64,000 nt of DNA, taken from Monocercomonoides exilis PA203 (Eukaryota; Protista; Preaxostyla). This document shows positions 36,552 through 51,375 of the stretch, one piece after another. The translations under genes were made by a program, and so were the position numbers. How positions within the stretch are numbered: the stretch's first letter is position 1; each line of letters begins with the position of its first letter. The stretch covers positions 372,001 through 436,000 of the forward strand of contig LSRY02000019.1 of assembly GCA_001643675.2 (NCBI GenBank). The letters are read 5' to 3'. The notes under the pieces were generated by a model. That model was not told the DNA's origin. It made no database searches and was given only the letters and a program-made list of their open reading frames with translations.

Positions 36552-39500
36552 ATGGAAAGAAATGCTAAAAGACTTATTATTACTTCCATAGACTTGGAAA
36601 ACTTCAAGTCATATTATGGAAAACATACAATAGGACCATTTCATCCCGTTTGCAAGCATTTTCTATTTTCCATACAGACAAAAAATACCTTTTTATATTT
36701 TAATGATTCATGAAATTCAGAGTTTTTCATGTGTTATAGGTCCGAATGGGAGCGGAAAGTCAAATGTTATTGAGGCTATTCTTTTTGTATTTGGATTTCG
36801 TGCACGTGACATGAGAATGAAAAGAGCAGAAGAGCTTATTCACAAAAGCGAGGAACATATGGACACAACACATGTTACAGTTTCTATTCATTTCGGACAT
36901 GCATTTGAAAAAGTATCTTTTTTTGTTTGGTAATTTCAGAGGTTTAATATCATTTTTTAAAACATTAAAATTATACAGGCAGATGGAAGCGTCAGTGTTG
37001 AAGAGACGGGGCAGTTTGTTGTAAGTCGAACAGTAGTTTGTAGGGGGAAGTCAAGTAGTTCAATATATAAAATAGACAATCGCGAATGCTCGATTAAAGA
37101 ACTGGAGGAACGCTTGAAGCAAGAAAGGCTTGATATTCGGCAGAATCGATATGTAATTCTTCAAGGAGAAGTTGAATCCATAGGTCTTATGAAGCCAAAA
37201 GGAATTTCTGAAAAAGACATTGGACTTTTGGAATACATTGAGGAAATTATTGGAACAAATCGCTTCATAAAACCTATTTATCTGTCAGAGGAAAAGAAAA
37301 AAGAACTTGACTTGGTGTGTGATCGGAAAATTGCAGTAGCAAAAATAGCTGAGCATGAATTAAACGAGTTAGAAGGTCCCAAGGAAGAAGCAGAACTGTA
37401 CGTTGAGAAACAGGTTGAACTGATATGCTTGAAGGCGCGAAAGTGTTATTGCACTTTGAGAGATGCACAGGTAAAAGGCTCGCAGCAGAGACGAGATTAC
37501 GAAGAGTCGCAACGTCTGCTGAAGGAGCGAAGAGATGAATTAGCCCAGCTTAAAATAGAGGAAAAGGATTTGAATGCTGAGTACGTGCAGAAGAAGAAGA
37601 TTTTTGATCAGAAAGCTGCGGAGATGACTGAAGTGACGAATCAGTTGCAAGAAAAGCAAAACGTCGACAAGCAACTGGAGAAAAAATCCAATGAACTTCT
37701 AAAAAAGAAGAAAGTCATAGAAAAGAAGATACAAGAAAACGCGACCATAAAGCAGAAAGAAGAGAAAGCTGCTGCAGAGGCTGAGGAGAGGCTGAAGATC
37801 ACAGAAACAGAAAGTGAGAAGTTTCAGGAGCAAATTGACCAGCACGAGCAGTCGCTGGCGGAGATGAGGGAGCAGCTGTCTGGAGCCACTGCGCCTCAGC
37901 GTGCAGAGATCGATGCGCTGACACAGAAAAGAGGAGAGCCTGAACGGGAGCTGAGGACACTTCAAGCGAGCGTGAAGGAGCTGGAAAAGGAGATTCAGCA
38001 GCGAACAGAAAACGAGAAGCGGTCGACTGCTGCAACACAAGAAGCCAAAGAAAGCTTGACGAGGCTCGGCCAAATGAAGAAAGTGAACGAAGAGCGGCTG
38101 GATAGCATTGTTGCGTCAACACGCAAAAAGACAGAAGACATTTCACAGAACGAGAAAAAAATTGCAGAGCTGCAAAGACTCGAAGCACAGATATCATCAC
38201 AAATCATTGAACTTCAGTCAAATATTTCTTCATTTGAAGAAAAACGGCAGGGTATTTCAGCGATGGACAAGGCGATGAAAGCGCTTTCTGAGCTGCAGAA
38301 AAAGGGCAAAATAAAAGGCTTCTACGGAAGGCTTGGCTCGCTCGGCCGGATCCGCCGCTTCTGCAAGAACGCTGTTCTTTCGGCAGGCGGCAGCAAGTTC
38401 ATCAATTTTGTTGTGGAGACTGCAGACGAGGCGACTATCTGTGTGAATGAGCTGAAGAAGAAAGGGATTGGCGTTGAGACGTTTATTGTACTGGAGCAGA
38501 TGGCGAAGCAGCTGAAAAGCGAGATGGAGGTATCACACGATGAATACAACAGATGGGTGGATCATTGGAAAGCACAGCAGCAGCACCCCCATCATCAGCA
38601 GCAGAAGGCAGGTGGAAAAACAAGCACAGCCGGGAAGGAAATCCCTCAGCTTCTGTTTGATCTGATAGAGCCAGTGCACGAGCGATTCCTTATTTGCTTT
38701 TATTATGCAGTGCGGAAGACGCTTGTGGTGGATGACTTGGGAGATGCGCTTCATTATGCATTTGAAGATGACTTGCACAGGAAAAAAGTGGTTACATTGG
38801 ACGGAGAAGTGGTTGATCCGTCTGGGACGATGAGGGGATTTGCAGGCAGATCAGATCAGGACAAGCAAAATGCAACGAGAGGAGGAGGAAAAGAGAAGAG
38901 AGAAAGAGAAAGAGAAGCGAAAAGAAATGAATTCGTGCTTATTTCTGATACAAATGCTCGAGTCATCACAAACGAAGAAGAACAGGAATACGAAGAGCAA
39001 AAGAAGACATTGGGGCATAAAGATGAAGAGCTGAAGAAGATAAGAGAAGAGCTTATAATAGCTGAAACTGATGTGAAGATGGCAAGACAGTCAACAGAGC
39101 AATTGATAGTTGAACAGAAAAAGTGCAGGCTGGATCACGAGGTATGCCTTTTTCATAACTTTTTTTTTCAATTCTTTTCCATTATTTTTTTCTCTCGCAT
39201 TATTTTTTTAAAAACAAATAGAGCATAATTCAGCAACTGTCAAACGTTGAAGCAGAACTCAAAAGGTTGACGCAATCCGCAGCAGGCTTTGGTTCTTCCC
39301 GTTTGTCATCAGAGCCAGCAAAATCGATTCAAGAGCTTCAAGAACAGCTAGAAGTGAAGATGGCAAAGATGCGCGAATTGAAGCAGGAAGTCGATGAAAT
39401 CAACAAAAAAGTGGATGAGCTGCGGGCAGAAATTGATTCAAAAGGAGGAAATGAGATGAAGCAGCTGAAAGACGAGATGGAGACGCTGCAGCGTTTGGTT

Positions 39501-41410
39501 GATGAAAAGCAAAAGGCATCAAATGAGTTTAGCCACAAGCTGAAGACATCAAAGAAAGGTGTCAGCGAAGCCAACAATCAAATTGCAAAGGGAGAAGCAG
39601 AAATGAAAAAACTGGACAAACAACTCAACGAAATTGAAGAGCAAAAAGCAAAGAACTTGGAAGAAGCATCCGCTCATTACACCAAAAAGGAAGAGATTAA
39701 GACGGAAATGATGGGGCTGCCAGAAAAATTGGAGGAGTTGGAAGCAACACACAAAGAGAAAAAGGAGTTAATGATGAAAAAAAGGATTGAAGAGGTGATG
39801 ATTTCAGAGAAAGTTGAGGATCTCAAAAAAGTGGTGAAGGAAAATGAAAGAAGAATGGCAAAGTTGTTGGAAGAACTTGGGACACTGAAAAACACAACTG
39901 TTGGGTTTGTGTATTTAAATGAGGATTTTTTGTTCCTGTTTTGAAAGAGACTGAATATTTTTATTTATTTCTTTATTATTTTTATTATTTTTATTCCTTT
40001 TATATTTCATCTGATTTATTTGTTGCTATTGTGATATACCTTTTTTGCCTGTTACACTACAAATGATTTTATTAGACCTGATGATCAGAAAGTCTCGCTT
40101 GATTTTCTTGAAAGCGACTCTGGTAAGGAGCAAAGCACAACAGCTCGTTCTTCCACAGCCGCAAACACTTCTGAACCCACAGCACCTCTTTCACTTCACT
40201 CTGCCTCTTCTTCATCAGCTGACACTTCATCAACTGCAAACGATGCATCTGCTTCACTCACTTCTTCTTCTCCTCCTTCTTCCCCGATAAAGCCACCAAC
40301 TCTTGCTACGTCATTCACCGACATGAAGGAAATTGATCTGGCAATACACAGAATCACAGATGCCTTGTCTCGCGTCCAGATTGATCTAACCACCATTGCG
40401 AGATACAAACAAAAAGAAATTGAGCTAAATGAAAAAATAAAAGAATTGAACGAAGCAATAAGCGACAGAGAGGCAGAAAAGCAGAACTGTGAAAACTTAA
40501 AAGAGCAAAGATTGACTGAGTTCATGACTGGATTCCGGCTGATAGCAAAGAAAGTGAAGGAGATGTATCAGGTGTGTACAATCTTTTAGTGCGAGATTTT
40601 AATGCCAATCATTATGAAATATGTTTTTTAACTCCCGATGCAAACATGATATTTCCTTTTATTTTAACTTATACATATCAGATGCTAACACTCGGAGGTG
40701 ATGCTGAACTTGAACTGAAAGACGGATCAGATCCGTTCACAGAAGGACTTGTTTACAACGTTCGTCCGCCCACAAAAAGCTGGAAAGCAAATACATTCTT
40801 ATCTGGTGGTGAAAAGGTCAGTATTTTATTTTTTCAACTGTAGAATGAATATGAATTATGATTTGTTTTCTTTTATTGGCTTGGACTTTTTTTATTTTGA
40901 ATTAACTTTTGTTCATTGAACCTAATTTTATAGACGCTATCATCTCTTGCACTGGTATTCGCGCTTCATCGTTTTTTACCCAATCCTCTTTTTGTGATGG
41001 ATGAGATTGATGCTGCTTTGGATTCCCGCAATGCATTGATTGTGGCAAACTACATCAAAACGCAAACTCGAAATGCACAATTTATTGTGGTCTCTCTAAA
41101 AAATGACATGTTTGAGTTAGCAGATAGACTTATTGGAATATACAAAATTGATAATTGTGCGAGTTCATTGGCAATTACCCCCTCGTTATTCGTTCAACCT
41201 CGTGTTGAGCAGACAATGGAAATACACCAAGATGTTAAGCCTCAGTTAATGTTGGAACTTGGAATGGGAACAGGGACAGAAATGGACGAAGAAATGGAAA
41301 GGGAAGAAAACGAGAAAAGAAAGAGAGAAGCGAATGAGAATGTGAATGAAGAGATTGAAGAACAGCCACCAGAAATACTTATGCAAGATGAAGTGAATTT
41401 TTTAACTTAA
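36552..41410 (+). CDS. SMC4: Condensin subunit SMC4, multi-exon
   Basis: LENFKSYYGKHTIGPFH, Walker A GPNGSGKSN, ILQGEVESIGLMKPK, hinge GFYGRLGSLG and VVTLDG..SGTM, signature LSGGEK, Walker B MDEIDAALD. Confidence 0.95.
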
Positions 41411-41765
41411 ATACTCAAAAAAAATTTTTTTTTTTATTTTATTTAATAAATTTAATTTTTATGAAATTTTTATGAAATTTTTTATTTATATTTTTTTGTA
41501 ATTTTTGAAAATCAATAATTTTTCAGAAACAACATTCTTTTTATTGAAACAAAGGTTTCCATTAAAAGAATCAGACTTTGACAGATTTCATGAGTAATAC
41601 TCGTAACAAATCATTCTTTTCCTTAATAAATATAACTTATTCATAATTAATTCAATTTGCTGAAAAGAATCTCTCTCTCCGAAATTTTCTTTTTTGTGTT
41701 TTTCTTATACCATAATAAAATATTTCTTCAATAAAAGCTGAGATTTTTTTGTATCCATAAAAATT

Positions 41766-44545
41766 ATGCAAGATGATTCACTTTCACATGAAGGAATACC
41801 AATTTATGTGAATGTATATCATCTTTTACTAAAAGGAAAAAATTTGAACACTTCATTTTTTGTTTGTTTTTCAAGTTATCTCCCTTCGCTTTTTGTTTGA
41901 AAAAAATAGTTGTTGATTGTCCAATCATTTTTTGATAGGGATTATATCATACTGGTGTTCAAATTAAGTTTAAAGGTTTTTCCTTTTATTTCAATGACAA
42001 AAAACTTTTGAAGCAAGCTTTTCTTTTTAAGAATATGCATTTGGAGGAGGTAGAGAAGGTTCTGGTGTTTGGACTCAACGTCCACAGAGAGCTCCAAAAG
42101 GGTGCTCTTTTAAAGAACAATTATCAATGGGTGAAACTCACAAATCTGACGAAGAAGTTTTTAATATTCTCCAAAGCATGAGAAAGGAATATACAGCGGA
42201 ATCTTATCACATCGTTAAACGAAATTGCAACCATTTTTCTGAAGACTTGTGCTTAAGGCTTGTTGGAAAATGCTTACCAAAATGGGTCAATCGCCCTGCT
42301 GCATGCGCTTCATTTTTTATTGGAAAAAATCAACGTTTGCCTCTCTATAATTTTGTTTTTATTTATTTTTCATCTCATAGCCAAATCGTTTTATGCACCA
42401 AAAGCATCTGATAATCAAGAAGACTTCTCGTTGACAGTGATTGCTAAGCCTCCGTTATTTGCGCCCAAACCGTTAGTATCTGTCCGCTCCAGATCCCTGA
42501 CACCGTCTGCCAGCATCTCTCCTCCATCTGCAAGCACATTTGCTGATGATGATGTTAAAAGGGATACTTCACCACTCAGACATATCAGCCCTTTTCCCGA
42601 AAAAAAAGCTTGCGATTTTCAGACAAATCAGGAATTTTCACAACATTTTTCATCGCTATCAAAGCCATTGACATTTGCAGCATCAGCAGATATGCCACGT
42701 GTGACAGGGCATTGCCCTTCAGCCTCTTCCTTCTCCTCATCTGCGGCCATGTGTCTTGTGCAGCGCAACTCTCAAAAACCGCAGCCTCGCTCTGATGAAG
42801 CTGCTTCAACTTCAAACTCAGAGAAAATTTCAACAGCAATTCCATCTGATTGTACCTCAAACGAAGTATCGGAAAGCGTTCACCAAGCTATTGTCCATTC
42901 ATTAGCGCCACCTCTGATTTATTGGAGCCCTGAAAGTGGAAGTGCAAAATTGAATAGCAGGCAGAAAGAGAAGGATGAAGCAAATCCGCTTTGTGCAAAA
43001 AGAAGCCAACATTTGACAGGAGATGACGCAAGTCAATTGAGCGAAAAGAATTTTGACATGAAGGTTAGACCGATTGACTCGGGAAAAGATGAAGTTGAAA
43101 AGATACCACACAATGGAAGAAATGAAGGCAAAACAAACCTTCCATTTTTCTCATCAATTAATAATAATTTCATTTCCTACGCAAATCCGACACATTTATC
43201 ACAGCAATCGCTGCGAAATCCTCAAAATGATAGAACCGCAATGCAAAAACTCATAAAAATTGAAAAAACGCAAAAGGAAGTTATGGAAGAAGAAGCAGAA
43301 CGCCTCAGAATCAAAAAGAAGTTGATTGAACAAAGCGAAAATGAGGTTATAGACATATCCAAACTTCCTCCTCCTCCATATCTCACACCATCTCCTTCTC
43401 CTTCTCCTTCTCCCTCACCTTCACCTTCACCTTCACCTTGTATGAAAGAAAAGTACGCACAGAAAGATTCTAACACTATTTCAGTTCAAACAGTCTGCGC
43501 CTCTGAAAAGGACGATATGATTCAATTCTCGACATTATCGCATTCTTCTTCCTTTTCCGCCGCCTCCTCCTCTTCTTCCACTTCCTCCTCTTCTTCTTCT
43601 TTGGCTTCTTTTCCATCTTCTTTTAAAAATCCAGCATCTTCTCAGATAAATGTGAAAAGTGCTAACACTCAACAAACAGTTGTTTCATTGCCAACATTGG
43701 CAAATGAGCAAACATCAACAAATTTATCACTTGAAGCACGGTATTTGTCATTTTTGGATGAGAAAGACAATCTTCATTCAAATAGATATACCCCTTCTCT
43801 TCATTCTTCATCATTATCATCTTCTTCTCCTTCATTATTACCTTCCTCTTCCCACTCTTCTTTTTCTTCTTCTTCTAATTCCTCGTTCAACACTTCAAAA
43901 TCCACTATTTCTCGCTCCTCCATTCGAAATTCTTCTTTTGATTCCGTTTTTTCGTTGAATTCAGAGGTTCAGGATCACATCTCATCTTTCCAAACTTCAC
44001 CACTTGTTTATTTACCTTCTTCTTCTTCTTCTTCTTCTTCTTCCTCATCTACATCTTCTCCTTCTTCTCCTTCTTCATTTGGTGCTCCTAAATCGAGGAG
44101 CTTGCATAGTGACATCAGGCTCCAGCGAAAGAAGAAGAGAGAAGAAGACATAAAAGCTGAACAAGACAAACAGCAAAAAATTGATTTTTCGGAACACAAA
44201 ACGAATTCGGAAAATATTTCAAAAGATTCAAAGAAATGTTTAAGTCAAAAAGAGAAGAATAAGTTCGAAGGGGAAGATGAAGCATTATTGAATCATGAGT
44301 TAGATAATTGTCAAGATAGTTCAATAAAAAAATCCTCACAACACGAAAAAGAAGCAACTTTTGATATGAAATCTGATATTCATTCAGCTCGATTGAGCTT
44401 GTCAAAAGAAACAGCTGTCAAATCCGGTGAAGAGCAAGTGAACTGTTATCTTCCGTCTTTTCCCTCAAAAAATGCATCCAAAATGAAACATCTTCGACAT
44501 TTATCTCAACCAAGTGTTGTTCATTCACACAAGTTTGTGCCTTGA
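41766..44545 (+). CDS. PPPDE/DeSI (C97) peptidase with a ~700-aa low-complexity C-terminal extension
   Basis: IYVNVYHL, GLYHTGVQI (catalytic His), EYAFGG, YHIVKRNCNHFS (catalytic Cys), LPKWVNR. Splices into ORF 42260..44545. Confidence 0.88.
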
Positions 44546-45233
44546 CAGGCAAATGGTGCAATTGATGGATTTGTTTGTTTGCAATGGAGTTCTGTTTATT
44601 TTCTATTCTTTACGTGGGTTTCAGTATTCATATTATAAATATATATATATATGGTTATTAGTGAGTGTTTAATTAAAACTTATTTTTATTTTGAATTAGA
44701 AATTGACTAGTAATTTTATTTTCTGTTCCAAACATTTATTTCAATCATTAAATCTTTAACGTTTTTCTGTGTTGAATGAGAATGTATTTAATCCCTAAAA
44801 GAGAGAGAAAGAAAGAAAGAAAGAATTATTCAATGATTTTCTTTTCTTTTTTATTTTTCATTCGTATTTTGAATTTTTTTCTTCTGTTTAAAGAAAATTT
44901 GCAAATGGCTGAATAACAAGTATTCACACACACCCTTCAAGTGATAATGTCATAGAGACAAACATTAACAGCATGAAGAGAATAAATAAAGAATAAAAAC
45001 GAGGCAATAAAGTGATGTCACCGATATACATAGTGAAAAGAGGATGAATATATTTCACAAAACAAAAAAATTTGGTAAAAGGTGGAAAAATGAAAAGAAA
45101 AAAAGAAAAAGAAAAAGAAAAAAGAATATTTCTGAACTCTTCAATAAACAGACACATATTACAAGAAAAAACAAAATAACAGCAAACAAACAACGAAATT
45201 ACAATAATAAACAAACAAAACAAAATAAATTCT

Positions 45234-45891
45234 CTAATATTGTTTGCTATTGAAAAAATCTGTAAATATAGACTTTGGCTTAAGAATTGGAGGATTTTGA
45301 GGCTGGGGTTGTGGTTGAGGATTAGTCGCATTCAGAGAATAAGAAGAAGAAGAAGAAGACGGGACAGGAGGCAGCGTGGTAGATGGAGAGGAAGAAAGCC
45401 GAAGCAGACTCAGCGAAGAAAAGGGATTTACAGTGGAAAGAGTCTCGTCTGATAATAATGGCAATGATGTTGAAGAAGATGATGATGATGAAGGCATCTG
45501 TGATGCAACCGAAGACGATGACTGGCCCATCGAAAGAGAGCTGAAGCCAACAGCCCCTCCGTTCAGCATCAACGGAGGTGGAGACTTTCGGTTGGATTGT
45601 GCAGAAGGAGTCTGTTGCTGATGATGATGGTAAGCATACGAAGAGAAAGGGGAGATGACAGAGAAGATGGACTCGGCAGTGGGCGCAGACGGGAGTGAAG
45701 GCGACTGTTTGCCCCGCTTCCGCTTCTGCTGCTGGTGTTTGGGAAGGAACGGGTTTGGCAGCGGAGGAGAGGAAGGGATGGAAGTGTGGAATTTGGTGTC
45801 TTCGAAGGGTGAAGTGGATGAGGAAGACAAGGAAGAAGAAGAAGAAGAAGAAGAAGAAGAAGAAGAAGAAGAAGAAGAAGAAGAAGAAGAA

Positions 45892-45937
<46 letters not shown>

Positions 45938-46884
45938 TTGATGAACTTTGTTTCTTCTTTTTGTTCTTTTCCTGAGAGGTCTGGTTCAGGAACGGGTTTT
46001 CAGTGAGCGGGGTGAATGTGGTGGGGAGAAGGCAGTATTTGGAAAATGGATTGAACTGAGGGGGAATTGTCTGTGAAATGCGGCGGTTTGCAAAGGAAGG
46101 CGGAGAAAGAGGGCGATTCGGTGAATTCACAGGGAAGAAGAGGGAGGCTGGGAGGGAGGAGCCGAAGATGGCGATGGAAGGAGTTGGGGTGGAAGGGAAG
46201 GGACATGAGGAAGTGGAGGAAGAAGAAGGAGATGAAGAAGAAGAAGAGGAAGAGGAAGAAGAAGATGATGATGATGAAAGAGAAGATGAGCTATCTGTTA
46301 TTTCTACTGGTGGAAGCGTGATTGAATGATTAGCAATATCAGAAGCAGAAGCAGCAGTTGAAGAACAAGAAGAAGTTGCATCAAGCTCTTTATCGTTCTT
46401 TGCCTTTAGAAGAGAAAGAGAAGCAAATGGATTCGCAGTAGAAGACTCTTGTGCTGATGGTATTCCAATTTGAGAAGATGACAAAAGAGAAGAAGAAGAA
46501 GAAGAAGAAGAAGAAAACGGATAAGTATTTGACTTGACCAATGTGGGAAGAGTCTTTGAAGCAGCAGAATCTGATTGTGCTTGCAACAAAAATCCATTTT
46601 GTGCGTTTGTTTGCTGGTTTCCATTCCAAATATTGTTCTGTGTTTGAGAAGAGAACTGGGGAAGAAGATGAGATTGGCATTGGATATTAGTGTTAACTTG
46701 GTTTGTGGCCTGTTGAAGTGGTTTGCGTGAATTGTGCTGATCGTGCGAAGTGAAGGGATATGTTTGGGAGTGAGTGATGGAGGGAAGGAAGGGAAGGTGA
46801 GAAGAGGAAGAGGAAGAGGAAGAAGAAGAAGAAGAGGAAGAGGAAGGGGAAGAAGAAGAGGAAGAAGAAGAGGAAGAAGAAAAA

Positions 46885-46920
<36 letters not shown>

Positions 46921-48345
46921 GGAGATTTTGTCATAGCATTAGTTGCATCTGCAGTGTTCGAAGTGTTGAAAGAGGAAAGCAAAGAAGAAGAGGAGGAGGA
47001 AGAAGAAGAAGAACTTGATATAACAACAATGTTATTTGTGTTATTTGAAAGATTGCTGGAAGACGCAAATAAATACGGATGAAGCGAAAAAGAAGAAGAT
47101 GATTGAAATGAAGGCAGATTTAGTTCGTTCAGATTGGACGAAAGTGGAAAATATGAAATATCAGCTATGGGATGCAAAGGTTGCTGATATGTGTTTGCTT
47201 CATTGTTCATGTGAAAAGAGGAGGAAGAGGAAGAAGAAGAAGAAGAAGAAGACGATGATGATGATGGTGCTATTGTCATTGATTCTGTGACTGGAATAAG
47301 CGAAAAAACAACATCATTTTCTTGTTTTTCTTTCTCTTTTTCTTTCACTTTCTCTTTCTCTTTTTCACTTTCTTTTTCTTCTTTTTCTTTTTCTTTCTTT
47401 TTCATTTGAGCAAAAAACCCTTCAAACAAGTTAGTCTTTTCCGCTGCAGCTGCAAAATACGAGCAAGACAGTGCTGTTGAGACAGGAAACTGCTCAAAAG
47501 CATCAAATGCATTGGACGCTCCATTCAAAGAAGAAGCACAACCAGAACCAGAAATCTCAGTGTTTGCATTAAAAGAGGTGTTTTTATTAATAGTTGAATA
47601 GGAAGAAGAAGAAGAAGAAGCAGAAGCAGTATCATTTCTAACTGGAGAATTGAACGTGCTTCCAGACAGCCCAACCACAGGCGAGTGGTAGAGGCTGATG
47701 AACTGCAATGAAACAACTTCGAATGCAGAATTGAATGAAGGGTAGATCGCATCGCTTCTTAATGACTCCTTCATTGAAAGATATTCATGAAACTCTTTGA
47801 ATGTGAATGGAGACGAGTCAGATGAAAGAAAATGCGAAGAAAAATGCGAAGGAAACTGAAAAGAAGAATGTGAAGGCAGATTCTTGTTTCTCCTCTGGAA
47901 ACCCTCTGACACATTCATTTGGCTGGTTAAGTTTGCTCCCGAAGCAACAGTGCTGTTAATTCCATTCTCTCCTCTTCCAGCTGTGCATATTGTGTTATCG
48001 TTGCCCATCCCGTGCTGTACAGGCGAAGGAGAAAGCTCCGGAACATCGAGAACATCCAGCGCATCGAGGACAGCTGGCTTCGCATTGAACAAGCGGGTGG
48101 GGGACAGCTGCTGCTTGGACTCATCGACGCCTGATGTGAAGGAGAAGATGCTCATCTGGCTGGCTGGCTGTGACTGGATGAACTGCTGCAGAAGACGCGT
48201 GGCGCGGAGAGAGTCGGCGTTGGTGGTGGGGTCAGAGGAGGGGATGAGAGAGTGGAGAGCGGGGAAGGAGGAGGAAGAGGAGGAGGAGGAGGAAGAAGAA
48301 GAAGAAGAGGAGGAAGAAGGAAATAATGAAGAAGAAGAAGAAGAA

Positions 48346-48384
<39 letters not shown>

Positions 48385-49256
48385 GTGATGTTTCCTGAGG
48401 AAAGAGAAGGCATTCCAGGTGGAATTGGCGAGTTTGAAGGAGAAGGAATCAGAGAAAGAGAAAGAGGAAGATGCTGCGAGGAAGAGGCATCGGACGATAG
48501 AGAGGAGAAGAGAGATGACGTTGAAGTGTTCTGTGAAGAAGAAGAAGAAGAATTAGAAGACAACGAAGCCAAGTGAGTGAGTGCCTTTGTGGATGAAGGA
48601 GACAAAGAGGCGCTCAGAGAGAGGGAAGAAAGGAGCATCGACGCCAAATGCGAAGGGAAGCAGCGGATGTCTGTGGGCGGTGTCCACATCGGAGTGAAGT
48701 GCTGGCGGGTGAGGAAAGGGTGGTGGAGGGCTTGGCGCGGGGTGAGGCGGGAGTGCGGGTTGTAGGACAGGCAGAGAGAGATGAAGTGGAGGAAGGAGAG
48801 CATCTCTGGAGAGGGACATGAGGGGAAGGGGGGGAGGGGGGGGGAGGAGGAAGAGGAATATAAGAGAAGAAAATGAAACGAATGAAATTATGTATAATTT
48901 TATATTTGTTGATTTTTAAATGAAATAATTATAAAAATAATAATAATAATAATTGTCAACAAGAACATCACTATTCTCTCTCTCTCTCTCTCAAATAAAA
49001 ACCAAGCAATCCATACCGTTTTCGCTTATGAATTCGACTTTAGCGCCAGGCACGTGGTGAGCAAGCATCTGCTCCTGGTTTTCTCTTCGGAGGACCATGT
49101 GAGAGCGGATGGTGGCATCGAGGTTGTGGCGAATGTGGCTGAAGTCGGCAGAGGTGGGCAAGGGAACAGGTTGTGATGTTCGCTGTGAGTGAGTGAATGG
49201 AGATGGAGGGGAGGGGGGCAGAAGAAGGTGAGGGAGAGAGAGCAAGAGAGAGAGCA

Positions 49257-49288
<32 letters not shown>

Positions 49289-51063
49289 AGTGAGAGAGTG
49301 AGTGAGTGAGTGAGTGAGTGAGTGAGTGAGTGAGAGTGAGAGAGTGAGAGAGAAAGAGAGAGAAATGATAAAAATGTGTGGAAAAGAAAAGAGAAAAAGA
49401 AAATTGTGATGGGAAATGTTATTGAATGTATTTATTACAATATAATTGAGTAATCATGCACCACAATATCAATTTTTTTTTCCAATGCATTCCATTTCAA
49501 AATATTTCATCACAAATCATTTATCACAAGATTTCAAAATGGCATGCATTTCAAATTCACATACTCTGATGTGTTCCTGATAAGTCGCAAAGCGATAACC
49601 CAGCGGATTAGAAGGGTCGTGAATGAAATGGCGGTAGCTGTTCTTTCCTGACAGAACCATTTTGTGAGGAGGCGGCCTGTGGAAGTTGAAAGTATTCAAA
49701 TAATTTGAGAGTTTTGGTTATGAGACAAAGAGGGAAAAGAAGGAAAATAAATAAATTTTAAATAATAATAATAATAAAGATTGTTTAAATATTCTTCTTT
49801 TTGTGAGTCTTTGAGCATACCCAAGCATCTTCATGATGCGATCCAACTGATTGTGCGAACTTGTTCCTGGAAAAAGAGGCTTCCCTAAAAACAGCTCAGC
49901 CGCAATGCAGCCAACAGACCAAATGTCAACCATCAACCCAAATCTAGACAATGTTTCCGGTTGGGCAAATAACAAAATAAATGACATAAACAAAAGTCAA
50001 AAAAAAAAAACAAAATTAAATTAAATTAAATTAAATTAAATTAAATTAAATAAAAAAGTCTTGATGGATAAAAAGGAAACAAAGTGGAAAAACCATTGAG
50101 TTTCTCGTTTAAATTTGATGCAGAAATTTATAAACAGCAATAAAATACTCATAACCAAAAATTTGAAGTCAACTTCAACATACTCACATCCCAATAAAAC
50201 CTCAGGCGCCCTGTAAAATCTTGTCTGAATATATCCATTTCCTTCATCTCCCTCAAAAAAAGCGTTGCCAACGTCAATCAGTCTGACATGGGGAAGAAAT
50301 TGATCGACTAGTATATTTTCTGGCTTCAGATCACTGTGTACAATCCCAATGTCAAACAAAAGTGCAAGACTCGTTAGCAAAGAAATCAGAATCTGTCTCA
50401 CCATTTTCAATGAAAATCCCCAATAATGCGTATTTCTTATCGCTATATGAAGATCTTCCATATATATTTCATTCACCAAAATAAAATGATTCTGAAAAAC
50501 AAATGATTCCACAAAACGGATCAATTGATGATCGTCATCAGGATCAGCAACAGCAATCTATATTTCAATTATAAAATAATTTTGTAATATTCAAATTTCG
50601 TGATGAATTATTTTTTCGTGCACACCAGTTGAAGCATATTTTTCTCACGGAAGGCATGTTTAACATGTCCTTCATGATTTTTTACGACCTTAACTGCGTA
50701 TGAATGAAAAGTTTCTTTGCAATGGCATCTCACTACTTGTCCAAATGCTCCATGGCCTAGCAGTGAATCAATAACATATGTTCGAGGTGAACCTGTTGAT
50801 GGTGCATTAATTTCATCTCCTATTCTTAAGATAAGATCCCTGCATTCGTTATCCTTTCCATAATTGTCTACACCTACATGCGGTTGTGTGATGCACAACC
50901 CGAAATGTTTTTGCCTGTAGTGGAATACGTCTCTGGACGAACATTTATTATAATTCTGAATGAGGTATACGGTCAAACATTTCAGTTTCTATCAAAGAAA
51001 TTTATTAAATAATAATAATTTTAGAAGCTCTGTTAATTAATATTAGAAAAAAGAAACCCTCAT
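45234..51063 (-). CDS. Yak1/DYRK-family protein kinase, multi-exon, with a ~1150-aa poly-Ser tail
   Basis: DNECRDLILRIGD, LLGHGAFGQVVRC, AVKVVKN, HSDLKPENIL, YIQTRFYRAPEVLLG, DIWSVGCIAAELFLGKPLFPG, RLTPRQALHHPF. Confidence 0.9.
49235..49345. repeat. Compound (GA)n/(GAGT)n microsatellite at an intron 3' end of the kinase gene
   Basis: Directly visible simple repeats. Confidence 0.9.
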
Positions 51064-51375
51064 GAAATGTTTGATGAAAGTTTATCTTCACGTAAAAAAA
51101 AAGTGGAAAATTTGATCATCATCGAAAAACAAAAAAACGAAGTGAGTTCTTTTTTTTTTGTTTTTTATTTTTTTTAACATTTTTTCTTATTTTTGACTTG
51201 AAGAATTGTGAATATTCTTTTAAAAAAACTTATTTTTCCAACGCAATTACTCGAAACTATTTATAAAAAATACTTAATCTGTAACATTTAAAATAAAAAT
51301 TATAAACAACAAAGCTAAATCGAATTAATGGAACCATTGATGCACAAAAGCATCGATCAAATAGTTATAAAATTC

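Noticed and set aside
45376-48576. Plus-strand poly-Glu/Asp/Lys ORFs, and similar ones at 874-1269 and 44008-44199
   Set aside because: They are antisense or alternate-frame shadows of poly-Ser trinucleotide tracts.
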